From: a virus | Reading direction: 5' to 3' (one strand) | DNA length: 64,000 bases | Virus record (IMG/VR): IMGVR_UViG_3300021963_004854 | Location: 1-64,000 of that record | Shown here: positions 46,341 through 55,167 of the stretch, one piece after another | Numbering within the stretch: the stretch's first letter is position 1 | How the letters are laid out: every line of letters begins with the position of its first letter | Program-made: the position numbers and the translations under genes | Notes under the pieces: generated by a model | Database searches by the model: none | What the model was told of the DNA's origin: nothing | The model's input: the letters and a program-made list of their open reading frames with translations, nothing else

Positions 46341-46565
46341 ATGGAAAAGATAAAAATTGAACACTCTGATAACTATGTGCGTGACAGGCATTCAAAAGCC
46401 ATTTTGTCGGCCGACAGTGGTGGATTAGAGGCATATAAACGCACAAGAGAGAGAATGAAACAGATTCAAACTTATGGAGATGATATAAATAATCTCAAGA
46501 CAGAATTTTCAGAAATAAAGTCTCTCTTACAACAGATACTTAAAAATCAGGATAAGGCAACATGA
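46341..46565 (+). CDS. Small coiled-coil hypothetical protein
   Basis: VRD..SKAIL; DINNLK.E..EIKSLL. Confidence 0.75.
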   Translation: MEKIKIEHSDNYVRDRHSKAILSADSGGLEAYKRTRERMKQIQTYGDDINNLKTEFSEIKSLLQQILKNQDKAT

Positions 46566-47047
46566 CAAGTATTACCTTTAGAGATGTAAAGGGATCTCCT
46601 TTAACAAACGCGGAAGTTGATGCCAACTTTCGAAATTTAAATGATAATAAGTATGAGTCTGGAGATAACCCAAGTTTTGGTGACCTAACTCTTACTGGCA
46701 CACAAACGAATTCTTCTGAATCTGTTTCTGCCGCGGGCACGACACAGGGCACTGCTACCCCATTAACAAAGACAGTGGTTTTTGTAACGTCGGTAACGGC
46801 ATCTAGTGCAGAGGGTGTTGCCTTACCGGGCGCTGTTGCTGGACTAAAGATGGTGGTGACGAATACAACTTCGACTAACTTAAAGGTTTATCCAGCCTCT
46901 GGTGATGGTATAAATGATTTATCAGCTAACGCGGCATTTACTATTCCGGGTGAGTCTTCGATGGAATTTTATGCTAAAGATAGCACCAACTGGCTTTCTT
47001 TAACACAAACTGTCATCTATGATTCGAGCGGCACAAGACTAAATTAA
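46562..47047 (+). CDS. Short fibre/adaptor protein
   Basis: N-terminal KGSPLTNAEVDANF.NLN motif; C-terminal IYDSSGTRLN. Confidence 0.7.
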   Translation: MTSITFRDVKGSPLTNAEVDANFRNLNDNKYESGDNPSFGDLTLTGTQTNSSESVSAAGTTQGTATPLTKTVVFVTSVTASSAEGVALPGAVAGLKMVVTNTTSTNLKVYPASGDGINDLSANAAFTIPGESSMEFYAKDSTNWLSLTQTVIYDSSGTRLN

Positions 47048-47058
47048 GGTTATAAGAA

Positions 47059-48483
47059 ATGAATCCTCTAAAGATCAAGGCATCTGCTACGCCGATAACC
47101 TCTTCAAACTTTCAAGGTTTGCAGACCATGTCGGATACAGAAGTTAAAAATTATATTGCTAATAAGATCACAGTAGGATTTGCTGGCGCGGCAAATAATG
47201 GTTCTAATACTGCCGACCTTAATGTGGATACAGCAAATGTATTGTCTGGCACAGCAATCGGCAGTTTTGTTGATACTGATAGAAACGAAGCAACAGGCAC
47301 TCACCCAGCTACTGGCGCTATTACTACTACAACTTATTATGCAAAGCAAATTACTGCAACCGATTCTGGCACAATCACTAATCGCCCAATCGGTTACGAT
47401 ACTGCAATTAGACAGTTGACAGATGCCCAGATTAATTCGGATATTCTCGACAAAGCAATTACTGCCATGGTCACTGAATCCGATTATACTGCTGGTCAAT
47501 ATCGCCTAGCTGGTTCAGCTCCATCTGGTGGCACATGGACCGCTCGTTACACGATTACCGATGTTGCCAACGGTGGTAATACAACTTATTACATCTGGCA
47601 GAAGACTGCGGCTACATCATCACCTGATGCCGATCTTCGCCCACTTAAAACATACAGTGGGAATAACGTAAAGCAAATGTCGGATGCTGAAATTCAGGAA
47701 ATGATTCCTTATTTCAGAAATCGTATTATCAGCACTGGTGTTGGTACATATAAACTACAAGCATCGACACCTGCTGGTGGAACATGGGTTCAAATGGGTT
47801 CTGGTTCTGATACTCGTGAGCAAGTTGCATCACAGAACTATACTGGCACTTATGGTGGTACTCGTTCATACAGCACAACTTATGGTGGTAACAGAACTTA
47901 TAGCACCTCATATGCAAATACTTTCGCTGGTACTAGAACATATTCTAACGTTGCATATGCTGGTAACAGAACATATTCTAACACATATGTATCCGAATTT
48001 GCTGGTACTAGACCTTATGCGGGTTCAAGAACTTATTCCGGAACATATATAACACAGTTTTCTGGTACTAGACCATATGCTGGCTCTAGACCATACTCAG
48101 GAAATTATATTCTGTATTACGGTGGTTTTGTTGGTGGAACGTTTGCCGGTTCTAGAACATATTCGGCAAACTATGTATCTGCCCCACAGAACTTTGCTGG
48201 TTCGTTTGCTGGCACAAGAACATATTCTGCAAACTATATTTCCGGCACTCTATACTTTTCTAGTGGATACGCCGGTTCAAGAACTTACTCTGCCAACTAT
48301 TCCGGTTCGAGAACATATTCTGGTACGTATGGCAATACTTTTGCTGGTTCTAGAACATATTCTGCAACGTATGCTGGTACAAGAACTTATACGGGTTCGT
48401 ATTCTGGTACATATGCTGGTGACACAATTCAGGCAACTAAAGATACAGTAACTACAGTATCTCTTTGGATTCGCACCGCTTAA
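47059..48483 (+). CDS. Putative virion fibre protein with a Tyr/Ser/Thr/Gly repeat region
   Basis: Duplicated N-terminal module (LK...MSD.E) and 14 copies of G[STN]R[TPS]Y. Confidence 0.7.
   Translation: MNPLKIKASATPITSSNFQGLQTMSDTEVKNYIANKITVGFAGAANNGSNTADLNVDTANVLSGTAIGSFVDTDRNEATGTHPATGAITTTTYYAKQITATDSGTITNRPIGYDTAIRQLTDAQINSDILDKAITAMVTESDYTAGQYRLAGSAPSGGTWTARYTITDVANGGNTTYYIWQKTAATSSPDADLRPLKTYSGNNVKQMSDAEIQEMIPYFRNRIISTGVGTYKLQASTPAGGTWVQMGSGSDTREQVASQNYTGTYGGTRSYSTTYGGNRTYSTSYANTFAGTRTYSNVAYAGNRTYSNTYVSEFAGTRPYAGSRTYSGTYITQFSGTRPYAGSRPYSGNYILYYGGFVGGTFAGSRTYSANYVSAPQNFAGSFAGTRTYSANYISGTLYFSSGYAGSRTYSANYSGSRTYSGTYGNTFAGSRTYSATYAGTRTYTGSYSGTYAGDTIQATKDTVTTVSLWIRTA
47839..48420 (+). repeat. 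Coding tandem repeat [FY]xG[STN]R[TPS]Y
   Basis: Degenerate GCTGGT.C.AGAAC.TATTC units in frame with the 474-aa ORF. Confidence 0.85.
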
Positions 48484-48527
48484 ACTATACTATATACTTT
48501 ATATTATTTCTTTTTATGGAGATTTGA

Positions 48528-48995
48528 ATGACTGTGGATGAAGATGCCATTGTATTGGATTCGGCTACTATTACCGAAACAAAAGATTACGAAGAACCTT
48601 TTTGGTTAAATAAAGAACTAAAGCAAGTAATGGTGATTATCATCTATCCAGATGGTAAGAGACTGCCTGCATCCGTATCTGGCGAAGGCAGCAATCCAGA
48701 TTATATTGCTATCATGGAAAAGTTCACGGAAGAAGAAATTGACGATAATACTCGACGCCGCGAAGAGCGCCGCGCCGAAGAAGTTCGCCAACGCATGGAA
48801 CGTTCAAAGGTCGATATGCAGCGCCGCAAAGATGAGGCGCTATTCGAAGCCAAGTTGGAAGCCTTTGAAGTTCCTATTATCAAAAAATCTACTAACAAAG
48901 CCATGAAGACTAAGATCCGTAGATCGAAGTCCGCGCTAGAAGTTATGGCATATGCTACCATGCTTATCATGGAAGAAGAAAAGAATGCAGAATAA
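48528..48995 (+). CDS. Hypothetical protein, possible fibre assembly chaperone
   Basis: GGAG RBS; charged helix, then LFEAKLEAFE motif. Confidence 0.65.
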   Translation: MTVDEDAIVLDSATITETKDYEEPFWLNKELKQVMVIIIYPDGKRLPASVSGEGSNPDYIAIMEKFTEEEIDDNTRRREERRAEEVRQRMERSKVDMQRRKDEALFEAKLEAFEVPIIKKSTNKAMKTKIRRSKSALEVMAYATMLIMEEEKNAE

Positions 48996-49683
48996 CGGAT
49001 TTGTTTATGTAGCATCGCTTCGTAGGGGTTACTATAGGGCAGCCAAAAACTCCGCATTATCTCTACTAGACTATTGGCCAGAAGCAAAGATTACATTATT
49101 CACTCACCCGGAATGGGTAGAACCCGGTGACGAAGAAATCTTTGAAAACATCATCACCGATGGTGTTCCCTATCACAAGAGAGCTAAACTATGGGCGCTG
49201 GATAAAACACCATATGACTTGACAGTTTATATGGATTGTGATACAGAAGTTCAACACGAAGACATTCAAAAAATCTTTGACCAGATTCCAGATGATGTTG
49301 ATGTTTTGTTTACTGCAAATCGCCCATACAATGCAGCCCTCACAAAGTTATCAGAGACAGAAGAGATGACCGAACACTGCGGTCTATTTGTGTATCGCAA
49401 CAACCCTCAGACATTAAAATTGATGGGTGCCTGGTGGGGTGAATATTGTAAGCAGAATGAGCCTGGTTTTGATCGACAGCATTATCCAGCAGATGCACTC
49501 CAGTGGGACACATTCACTATGTGGCGACTATTGACCTACGGCAACATGGGTGTGAAGACAGGGAGATTTCCAGATCCAGACGCACGATGGAACTTCGTTG
49601 TCGGATATAAAGAAGAAGAATTACGGGGACAAGAGATTGTCATTTATCACTACACGTTGCCACCGGCAGTCAGGGACAAGTAA
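48985..49683 (+). CDS. GT-A fold nucleotide-diphospho-sugar transferase
   Basis: KLWAL..TPYD.TVYMDCD (DxD), HCGLF.Y, WD, RWNF. Confidence 0.75.
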   Translation: MQNNGFVYVASLRRGYYRAAKNSALSLLDYWPEAKITLFTHPEWVEPGDEEIFENIITDGVPYHKRAKLWALDKTPYDLTVYMDCDTEVQHEDIQKIFDQIPDDVDVLFTANRPYNAALTKLSETEEMTEHCGLFVYRNNPQTLKLMGAWWGEYCKQNEPGFDRQHYPADALQWDTFTMWRLLTYGNMGVKTGRFPDPDARWNFVVGYKEEELRGQEIVIYHYTLPPAVRDK

Positions 49684-50330
49684 TGAAGTTTTCTAACAGT
49701 ATCAATCCAGAACTTCTGGAAATCCTGATGCCCTACACAGAATGGTTCTTTTCGCAAACTGATCTTGATAGTCTACGAGAGCCAGACAGACGCCGCGGAT
49801 TTGATATTGACAGCGGCACTTCTGAAAAGTATATGAATGAAATCGTCGGCAAAGATGGAGAGCATGAAGGCTATCCAGAAACCGCATTCTGTTGCGATAT
49901 CGGAATGGTAGATTCTGTCCCCAAACATCACCGAGACATGCAACAGAAACTAAATCGTGAATTGATTTCGTTTCTAGGCGCTAAAAATAATGCAGTCCAT
50001 GTTTATTATCCAGAAAATGGATTTATGGGTTGGCACACAAACTGGAACGCAAGCGGCTATAACATTCTTCTATCTTATAATACAGAAGAAGGCGGGGGCT
50101 TCTTTAGATATCTAGATCCAATAACAAAAGAAATGGTCACTCTTTGGGACCCCAAGGGATGGTCGGTCAAGGTCGGTTATTTCGGTAGGCGTAGTGAGAC
50201 TGATAAGGTCTTCTATCATTGTGCTGGGAGTCGCAGTAAGCGGCTCACTCTCGGTTATGTCATTCCCCATGAGGACCTCTGGAAATCGATGGTTGAAGAT
50301 ATTTCTGGTGTAGATTTTACTGATCTTTGA
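49683..50330 (+). CDS. Cupin/2OG-Fe(II)-like (DSBH) enzyme
   Basis: YYP..GFMGWHTN, FYHCA, R.TL; HxN instead of HxD. Confidence 0.55.
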   Translation: MKFSNSINPELLEILMPYTEWFFSQTDLDSLREPDRRRGFDIDSGTSEKYMNEIVGKDGEHEGYPETAFCCDIGMVDSVPKHHRDMQQKLNRELISFLGAKNNAVHVYYPENGFMGWHTNWNASGYNILLSYNTEEGGGFFRYLDPITKEMVTLWDPKGWSVKVGYFGRRSETDKVFYHCAGSRSKRLTLGYVIPHEDLWKSMVEDISGVDFTDL

Positions 50331-50982
50331 ACTTTTCACGCTCAACATATTTGTTTACTAATTCCTCTAGAATAGTCAATTGTTCGTGCATCTTTTCAAG
50401 GTCATCTAGCATTTTGGGCACAGCAAATTTGGCGCGCTGAATAATTGCAGTCTCGTAATTTTTAATACCTACAGTTGCAACTTGTATTCTCCGTCTACGG
50501 AGAAATGCATTAATCCGGTTCCATAGAGACGGCTTTCTCTGCTTAACTAGATTCAATTGATTGCCACGTTCTTCTGTTGCCTTATTCCTCGCCGCAATAA
50601 TTTGTTGTTCGCGGGCTTTTTCGGCAGCTTCTTTTTCTCTTAGTAGCCGTTCGTTCGCAACACGCAAGGCTTCAATCTCAGCAAGAAGTTCTGGATTCTT
50701 TTTTGCGGCTTTCTTTTCTAACTTCTCTCTTTTCTTGGCCTCTTCATCGGCAGCGGCTTTTTGTCGTTGTAGCTCTTCGTATTTCTCTTGTGCAATACGT
50801 TCTTTTTCTAACTCTTCTTCCGATGGTCCCTGAGGTTCCTCTGGCACAACAACTTCTTCTAGCTGTTCTTGTAGATTGCTATCTAGCCATTCCTGGGCGA
50901 TAACCTCTTCTACGGGTTCGGCAACTAGTGGCTCTGGAGTATAATCTTTTGGTGGTGGCGCTACAACTCTAGCTCGTCCCAT
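50317..50982 (-). CDS. Hypothetical Glu/Lys-rich coiled-coil protein
   Basis: 221 aa, AGGA RBS; last gene of the reverse-strand GT operon. Confidence 0.7.
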   Translation of the reverse strand: MGRARVVAPPPKDYTPEPLVAEPVEEVIAQEWLDSNLQEQLEEVVVPEEPQGPSEEELEKERIAQEKYEELQRQKAAADEEAKKREKLEKKAAKKNPELLAEIEALRVANERLLREKEAAEKAREQQIIAARNKATEERGNQLNLVKQRKPSLWNRINAFLRRRRIQVATVGIKNYETAIIQRAKFAVPKMLDDLEKMHEQLTILEELVNKYVEREKFKDQ

Positions 50983-50983
50983 A

Positions 50984-51640
50984 TTATTTCCTTCCTATTA
51001 CCATAAATCTATCAAAGTCTACCTTACCATCCCATGACCAATAAAACTGATTGATGTTGCCACTATAGAGAACATCTTCAACACCAACATTTTCTATATG
51101 GTCTTCAATTGTTGGCACACAATTTATACCATACATTTCACGGAACACATTAGATGACTGACATGCAAAAATGCAATCTGGATTTGCAGTAGTCATATTC
51201 TTCAAAGGATACATAGTTTCGCAGCCAAGAGAAATTACTACATCTGTATTTAGTGCATTGATATCATGATATGCAAACGGTACATCCCAATTAAGATGAT
51301 TAAGTTCAATATCTTTTTCAGTGTAATAGCGATTGAAGACTTTGGACAACTCCAATGCGTCTTTGTCAATATCGATTAGATTTAACTTCTTTACGCTTAG
51401 ATTTTCGCAAAGCAAAGGAACAAGAGGAAAACCAAGCCAAGAGTTTAGAATTGTGATATCAAGTTTCTTAGTGAAGTCAACATGTTTTTTCAGTTCTTCC
51501 ACTAGCCATATTGCAGCATCCATTGTATTTGGATTTAGAGACTTGCGAAAGTCTTCGTGCTTCCATGGCATCTCATGGTTGATCTTTTCCAGACCTTCAC
51601 CCCAATTACGATAGTTATTCAAAAAATTATAGTTTAGCAT
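50984..51640 (-). CDS. Degenerate class I methyltransferase-like protein (paralogue of 3136-3714)
   Basis: WLVEEL..ILNSWLG..IDID..DVVI..CE.M..QS.N..RFMVIG. Confidence 0.65.
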   Translation of the reverse strand: MLNYNFLNNYRNWGEGLEKINHEMPWKHEDFRKSLNPNTMDAAIWLVEELKKHVDFTKKLDITILNSWLGFPLVPLLCENLSVKKLNLIDIDKDALELSKVFNRYYTEKDIELNHLNWDVPFAYHDINALNTDVVISLGCETMYPLKNMTTANPDCIFACQSSNVFREMYGINCVPTIEDHIENVGVEDVLYSGNINQFYWSWDGKVDFDRFMVIGRK

Positions 51641-52310
51641 CTTGTGGTCTTTCCATTGAATCATATAAACAAATTAGTGGCTCTTCTCGTAGAACTTGTT
51701 CCCTAGTATCTGTCGGCCACATATATCCATAATTGTAACTGTATACCCAGCCGTCCGGAAAATAATCGATCTTTAAAAGACGTTCTCTTTGATGACCGAA
51801 CATATTATCAAGACCGCGATAATAATAAAACATTTGGTCAGGATAATCTCTAACGAACTTGGTGATTTTATCAACATCCAATTTGTCATTCCATCTCAAT
51901 ACACTCGAATTGAGGTCTGTATACTTATGAGGAATATCCTTAGTATCACTTTTCATCTTCTTTAGATTGTGCCAATGTGTTCGAATGAAAGTAAGTTTAT
52001 CTTCGGGATCATGTTCAACAATACAATCAATGTTCTGTTGAATATCAATATCCAGATCGAAGAATAGTTTCTCACCTTGTTTACGAATAAAATGTTTGTC
52101 AAATAGATAAAGTTTATTCCACCATTTTTCGTAATAGTTATCAGCCGGTAGCGGAACAATAATTATTTCTGGATTCAATCCAACTTCATGTTCTGTTATA
52201 CAGTGAAACTCAAAATCACTGGTGATATGCTTCTTACATTGCTCAAACAATTTATTGACATATTCTGGACCATATTTGAAGCCCCATTTTACGGTGTAGA
52301 TATTAATCAT
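51627..52310 (-). CDS. Glycosyltransferase-like protein (GT-A, KWGxKY family)
   Basis: VKWGFKY, WWNKL, FFDLD, NSS..W, GLD. Confidence 0.75.
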   Translation of the reverse strand: MINIYTVKWGFKYGPEYVNKLFEQCKKHITSDFEFHCITEHEVGLNPEIIIVPLPADNYYEKWWNKLYLFDKHFIRKQGEKLFFDLDIDIQQNIDCIVEHDPEDKLTFIRTHWHNLKKMKSDTKDIPHKYTDLNSSVLRWNDKLDVDKITKFVRDYPDQMFYYYRGLDNMFGHQRERLLKIDYFPDGWVYSYNYGYMWPTDTREQVLREEPLICLYDSMERPQDAKL

Positions 52311-53128
52311 CAAACATTCCAATGCTCTAATAGGTCAGGGTCGACTAGCGATTCTTGTTTTACTTTACCTCTGCGGTCATCTTGGAATGGAAGTAAGTCT
52401 ACATTAAAGACACACAGAATACAATCTTTTCTATATTTACCAACCTCAAGATCGCCTTCGTGCCAGTTACGACCACGATTATATGAATACGCAAATGTGC
52501 TTGGGAAATGTCTCCAGAGTGGAGTATCACTAAAGTCACCCCAACGCCAACTGTGATAGTTATCAGTTCCATCTGTAAATGTGAACCAGATACGCTCTTG
52601 ATGTTCTAGAACATCCTGCCAAATACATTCTGTCTGATCATCTGACCAGACCATGCAGCTACCATTTGTATATGCGCCATGCGCCAACTTGAAGTTGCGA
52701 GACTTCATGGGGCGAGGGTCTTGCCACCATGACCGCAACTTAGTGGGATTCTCTAGGTCGTAAGTGATGATTGGCGACAAATCATTTTGTATGATAACAT
52801 CAAGGTCGAAAAAGACAAATCTTCCAGTGGGGTTATCGTCTGCGAAGTTGTGCGTATTGAAGATGAACGTCTTTGGTCTGTCCCAACAACGTGCCATGCC
52901 GTATTTGAAATCATCTGAACCAAACCAGTATTTCGGATGAATGTCGGGAATGTCTGGGAAGTCGATGACTTTAATTTCATTTTCAAATCCATCACTGTTG
53001 TCTGTATAACAATAGAAATGAAACTCAAAATTATCTGGTGTATGCTTCTTTGCCATCCGATATAGACGGTTGACAAACTCGGCATCATATTTGGTACCCC
53101 ATTTACAGCAAACGTAATTAACTCTCAT
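52310..53128 (-). CDS. Glycosyltransferase-like protein (GT-A, KWGxKY family)
   Basis: CKWGTKY, CYTD, FFDLD, NGS..W, GTDNY. Confidence 0.75.
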   Translation of the reverse strand: MRVNYVCCKWGTKYDAEFVNRLYRMAKKHTPDNFEFHFYCYTDNSDGFENEIKVIDFPDIPDIHPKYWFGSDDFKYGMARCWDRPKTFIFNTHNFADDNPTGRFVFFDLDVIIQNDLSPIITYDLENPTKLRSWWQDPRPMKSRNFKLAHGAYTNGSCMVWSDDQTECIWQDVLEHQERIWFTFTDGTDNYHSWRWGDFSDTPLWRHFPSTFAYSYNRGRNWHEGDLEVGKYRKDCILCVFNVDLLPFQDDRRGKVKQESLVDPDLLEHWNV

Positions 53129-53889
53129 TTCCATAATCCAATAATATTCTTATCTTTGCACTCTGACAATTCAACATGGTCTTTTGTAGATGGATGAGGA
53201 ACGTTATCAGTATTAAATACACAGATTTTGGCATCATCTCTAAACTTGAAACGTTCTACGTCATCTGGATGATAACGTCCTCTGTTCCAGGAATAAATCC
53301 AATGGTCAGGAATGTTTTTCCAGAAGTCTCTTTGTCGCCAGAAATGATAGTTGTCAGTTCCTTTGAAGAAAGTTTTGAAAATGATTTCGCTTTCTTCCCA
53401 AACATCATAATATATATGCTGACATTGACCGTATGACCATAGCATCATGCTAGAGTTATAATATGTGCCTCGGGTTTCAATAAAGAATCTTTCATCAAGT
53501 TGACCAGCTGGCTGCCAAAGACTATGAGCAATTCTTGGCTTTTTTGCCAGCTCATCAATTTCATCGATATTATTTTGAATAACAATGTCTAAATCAAAAT
53601 AGCAAAATTGATCTTCCGGTTCACAGTTAATCCATTCTTCTGAATTAAATACCAGAAATTTTGCTCGGTCAAAACAATATTCTTCTTTACCGAAATAATA
53701 TTTTGGATGCAGAAGGTCGTCATCTGGAATAGGAACGACCTCAATATTCTTATTAATCTTCTTTGCATCGTCTGTGTAACAAATAAATCTGAAATCTTTT
53801 GTATAATTCTTCTTTACCATCTTGTAAAGATTGTTCACATACTTTTCGGAATATTTGTCACCCCATTTGATTGTTAGAAAGTTCATCAT
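53125..53889 (-). CDS. Glycosyltransferase-like protein (GT-A, KWGxKY family)
   Basis: IKWGDKY, CYTDD, YFDLD, NSSMM.W, GTDNY. Confidence 0.75.
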   Translation of the reverse strand: MMNFLTIKWGDKYSEKYVNNLYKMVKKNYTKDFRFICYTDDAKKINKNIEVVPIPDDDLLHPKYYFGKEEYCFDRAKFLVFNSEEWINCEPEDQFCYFDLDIVIQNNIDEIDELAKKPRIAHSLWQPAGQLDERFFIETRGTYYNSSMMLWSYGQCQHIYYDVWEESEIIFKTFFKGTDNYHFWRQRDFWKNIPDHWIYSWNRGRYHPDDVERFKFRDDAKICVFNTDNVPHPSTKDHVELSECKDKNIIGLWK

Positions 53890-54544
53890 ATTTCTTGTCA
53901 TATCCTGGATAATAATCTAAACCATTGAGTAGACATACTGTATACTCTGGTCGGTATCTGTCTACAATTCTCTTTTCTGGGTCGTAGTAATCTGCTCCGT
54001 AAAGAAACGAATAAAACTCGCCCTTGGGAAACCACTTAAAATCAAAATTCTCATGCCATAAAAATCTATCGTCGCCCCAATACTTGACCATGTAATAGTC
54101 CATGTCTTTTTCAAAGTGTTCCCAAATCTCTTTGGCTTTTGGACTACCAGAGCGCCATAGAACGGCACTGGAGTTATAGTTACTCAAATATTGTTCGCTA
54201 TAAGACCTAGCATTTTTATCCACCCAACTTATATCTTTCCAATATGTATAGCATATAGTTGGGCGTTCGTCAAGATAATTCCATAGATGATCAATATCTT
54301 TTTGTATTCTAATGTCGAGGTCAAAGTAAAGAACATCACCCAAATCTTCTAGGCCATACATCCATATTTTAATAAAAGTACCGTCCACATCTTCTGGCAA
54401 AGGAATTACTTTGACTCTGGGATCGAGGGTAGTGTCATCGGTGATGCAGACGTAATTATACTTGCCATCCGTCGCTTCGATGATACGATCTACATCTTCT
54501 TTGGAATATTTTGTTCCGTATTTCAACATCAATATTGTTTTCAT
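53858..54544 (-). CDS. Glycosyltransferase-like protein (GT-A, KWGxKY family)
   Basis: LKYGTKY, CITDD, YFDLD, NSS..W, GDD. Confidence 0.75.
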   Translation of the reverse strand: MKTILMLKYGTKYSKEDVDRIIEATDGKYNYVCITDDTTLDPRVKVIPLPEDVDGTFIKIWMYGLEDLGDVLYFDLDIRIQKDIDHLWNYLDERPTICYTYWKDISWVDKNARSYSEQYLSNYNSSAVLWRSGSPKAKEIWEHFEKDMDYYMVKYWGDDRFLWHENFDFKWFPKGEFYSFLYGADYYDPEKRIVDRYRPEYTVCLLNGLDYYPGYDKKYDELSNNQMG

Positions 54545-54558
54545 TAGTCATCCAAAAG

Positions 54559-54584
54559 TATAAATAAGAACATAAAGATTTATA
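54559..54584. promoter_or_regulatory. Face-to-face late promoters for the fibre operon (+) and GT operon (-)
   Basis: TATAAATA (+) at 54559-54566 and TATAAATC (-) at 54577-54584. Confidence 0.65.
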
Positions 54585-54593
54585 AGGGTTCTC

Positions 54594-54923
54594 ATGGCAC
54601 AAGTTCAAAACATTTATATTGATCAAGGAACAACGTTCTCGTTTACGATTGCCGTTGCCGATCAATATGGCGATGTAAAGGATTTAACAGATTATGAGGC
54701 TGCCGCTCAAATGCGTAAGTCTTATTATACAAATACATCTATTGATTTTACCACAGACGTATCTTCACCGTTAGATGGTGAAGTTACTGTTAGTTTGACG
54801 GCAGAAGAGACTTCTGCAATCAAAGCAGGTAGATATGTCTACGATATAGAAATCACAAGCAGCGAAGAGACACTAAGAGTTCTCGAAGGTATTGTAGTAG
54901 TCAATCCGGAGGTAACTAAATAA
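54594..54923 (+). CDS. Virion structural protein, Ig-like anchor (BppU-N-like)
   Basis: IDQGTTF, AQMRKSY, GRYVYDIEI, R..EG...V.PEVT. Confidence 0.7.
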   Translation: MAQVQNIYIDQGTTFSFTIAVADQYGDVKDLTDYEAAAQMRKSYYTNTSIDFTTDVSSPLDGEVTVSLTAEETSAIKAGRYVYDIEITSSEETLRVLEGIVVVNPEVTK

Positions 54924-55138
54924 TGGCTATAAAAGTCACGGTTCCAAACAGCAAAACTATAAATACAAGCATAGTAAGTAAGCGTGGCGCTGCGGCTGTC
55001 CAATCTTTGGCAGATGTGGATGCAACCGGTTTGCAAGATGGATATACATTGATTTACAATTCAGAAACAAGAAAATGGGAAGCAGTAAATCCCGCAACCG
55101 CAGTAGCTCCCACAGCAATTGACGGCGGAACGTATTAA
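54923..55138 (+). CDS. Small fibre adaptor protein
   Basis: L.DVD, DG.TL.YN....KW, C-terminal IDGGTY. Confidence 0.7.
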   Translation: MAIKVTVPNSKTINTSIVSKRGAAAVQSLADVDATGLQDGYTLIYNSETRKWEAVNPATAVAPTAIDGGTY

Positions 55139-55167
55139 AAATATAATAGTAAGAAAAGGAAAACAGA

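Noticed and set aside
47839-48420. Possible CRISPR array
   Set aside because: Repeats are degenerate at third codon positions, in frame, and lack unique constant-length spacers
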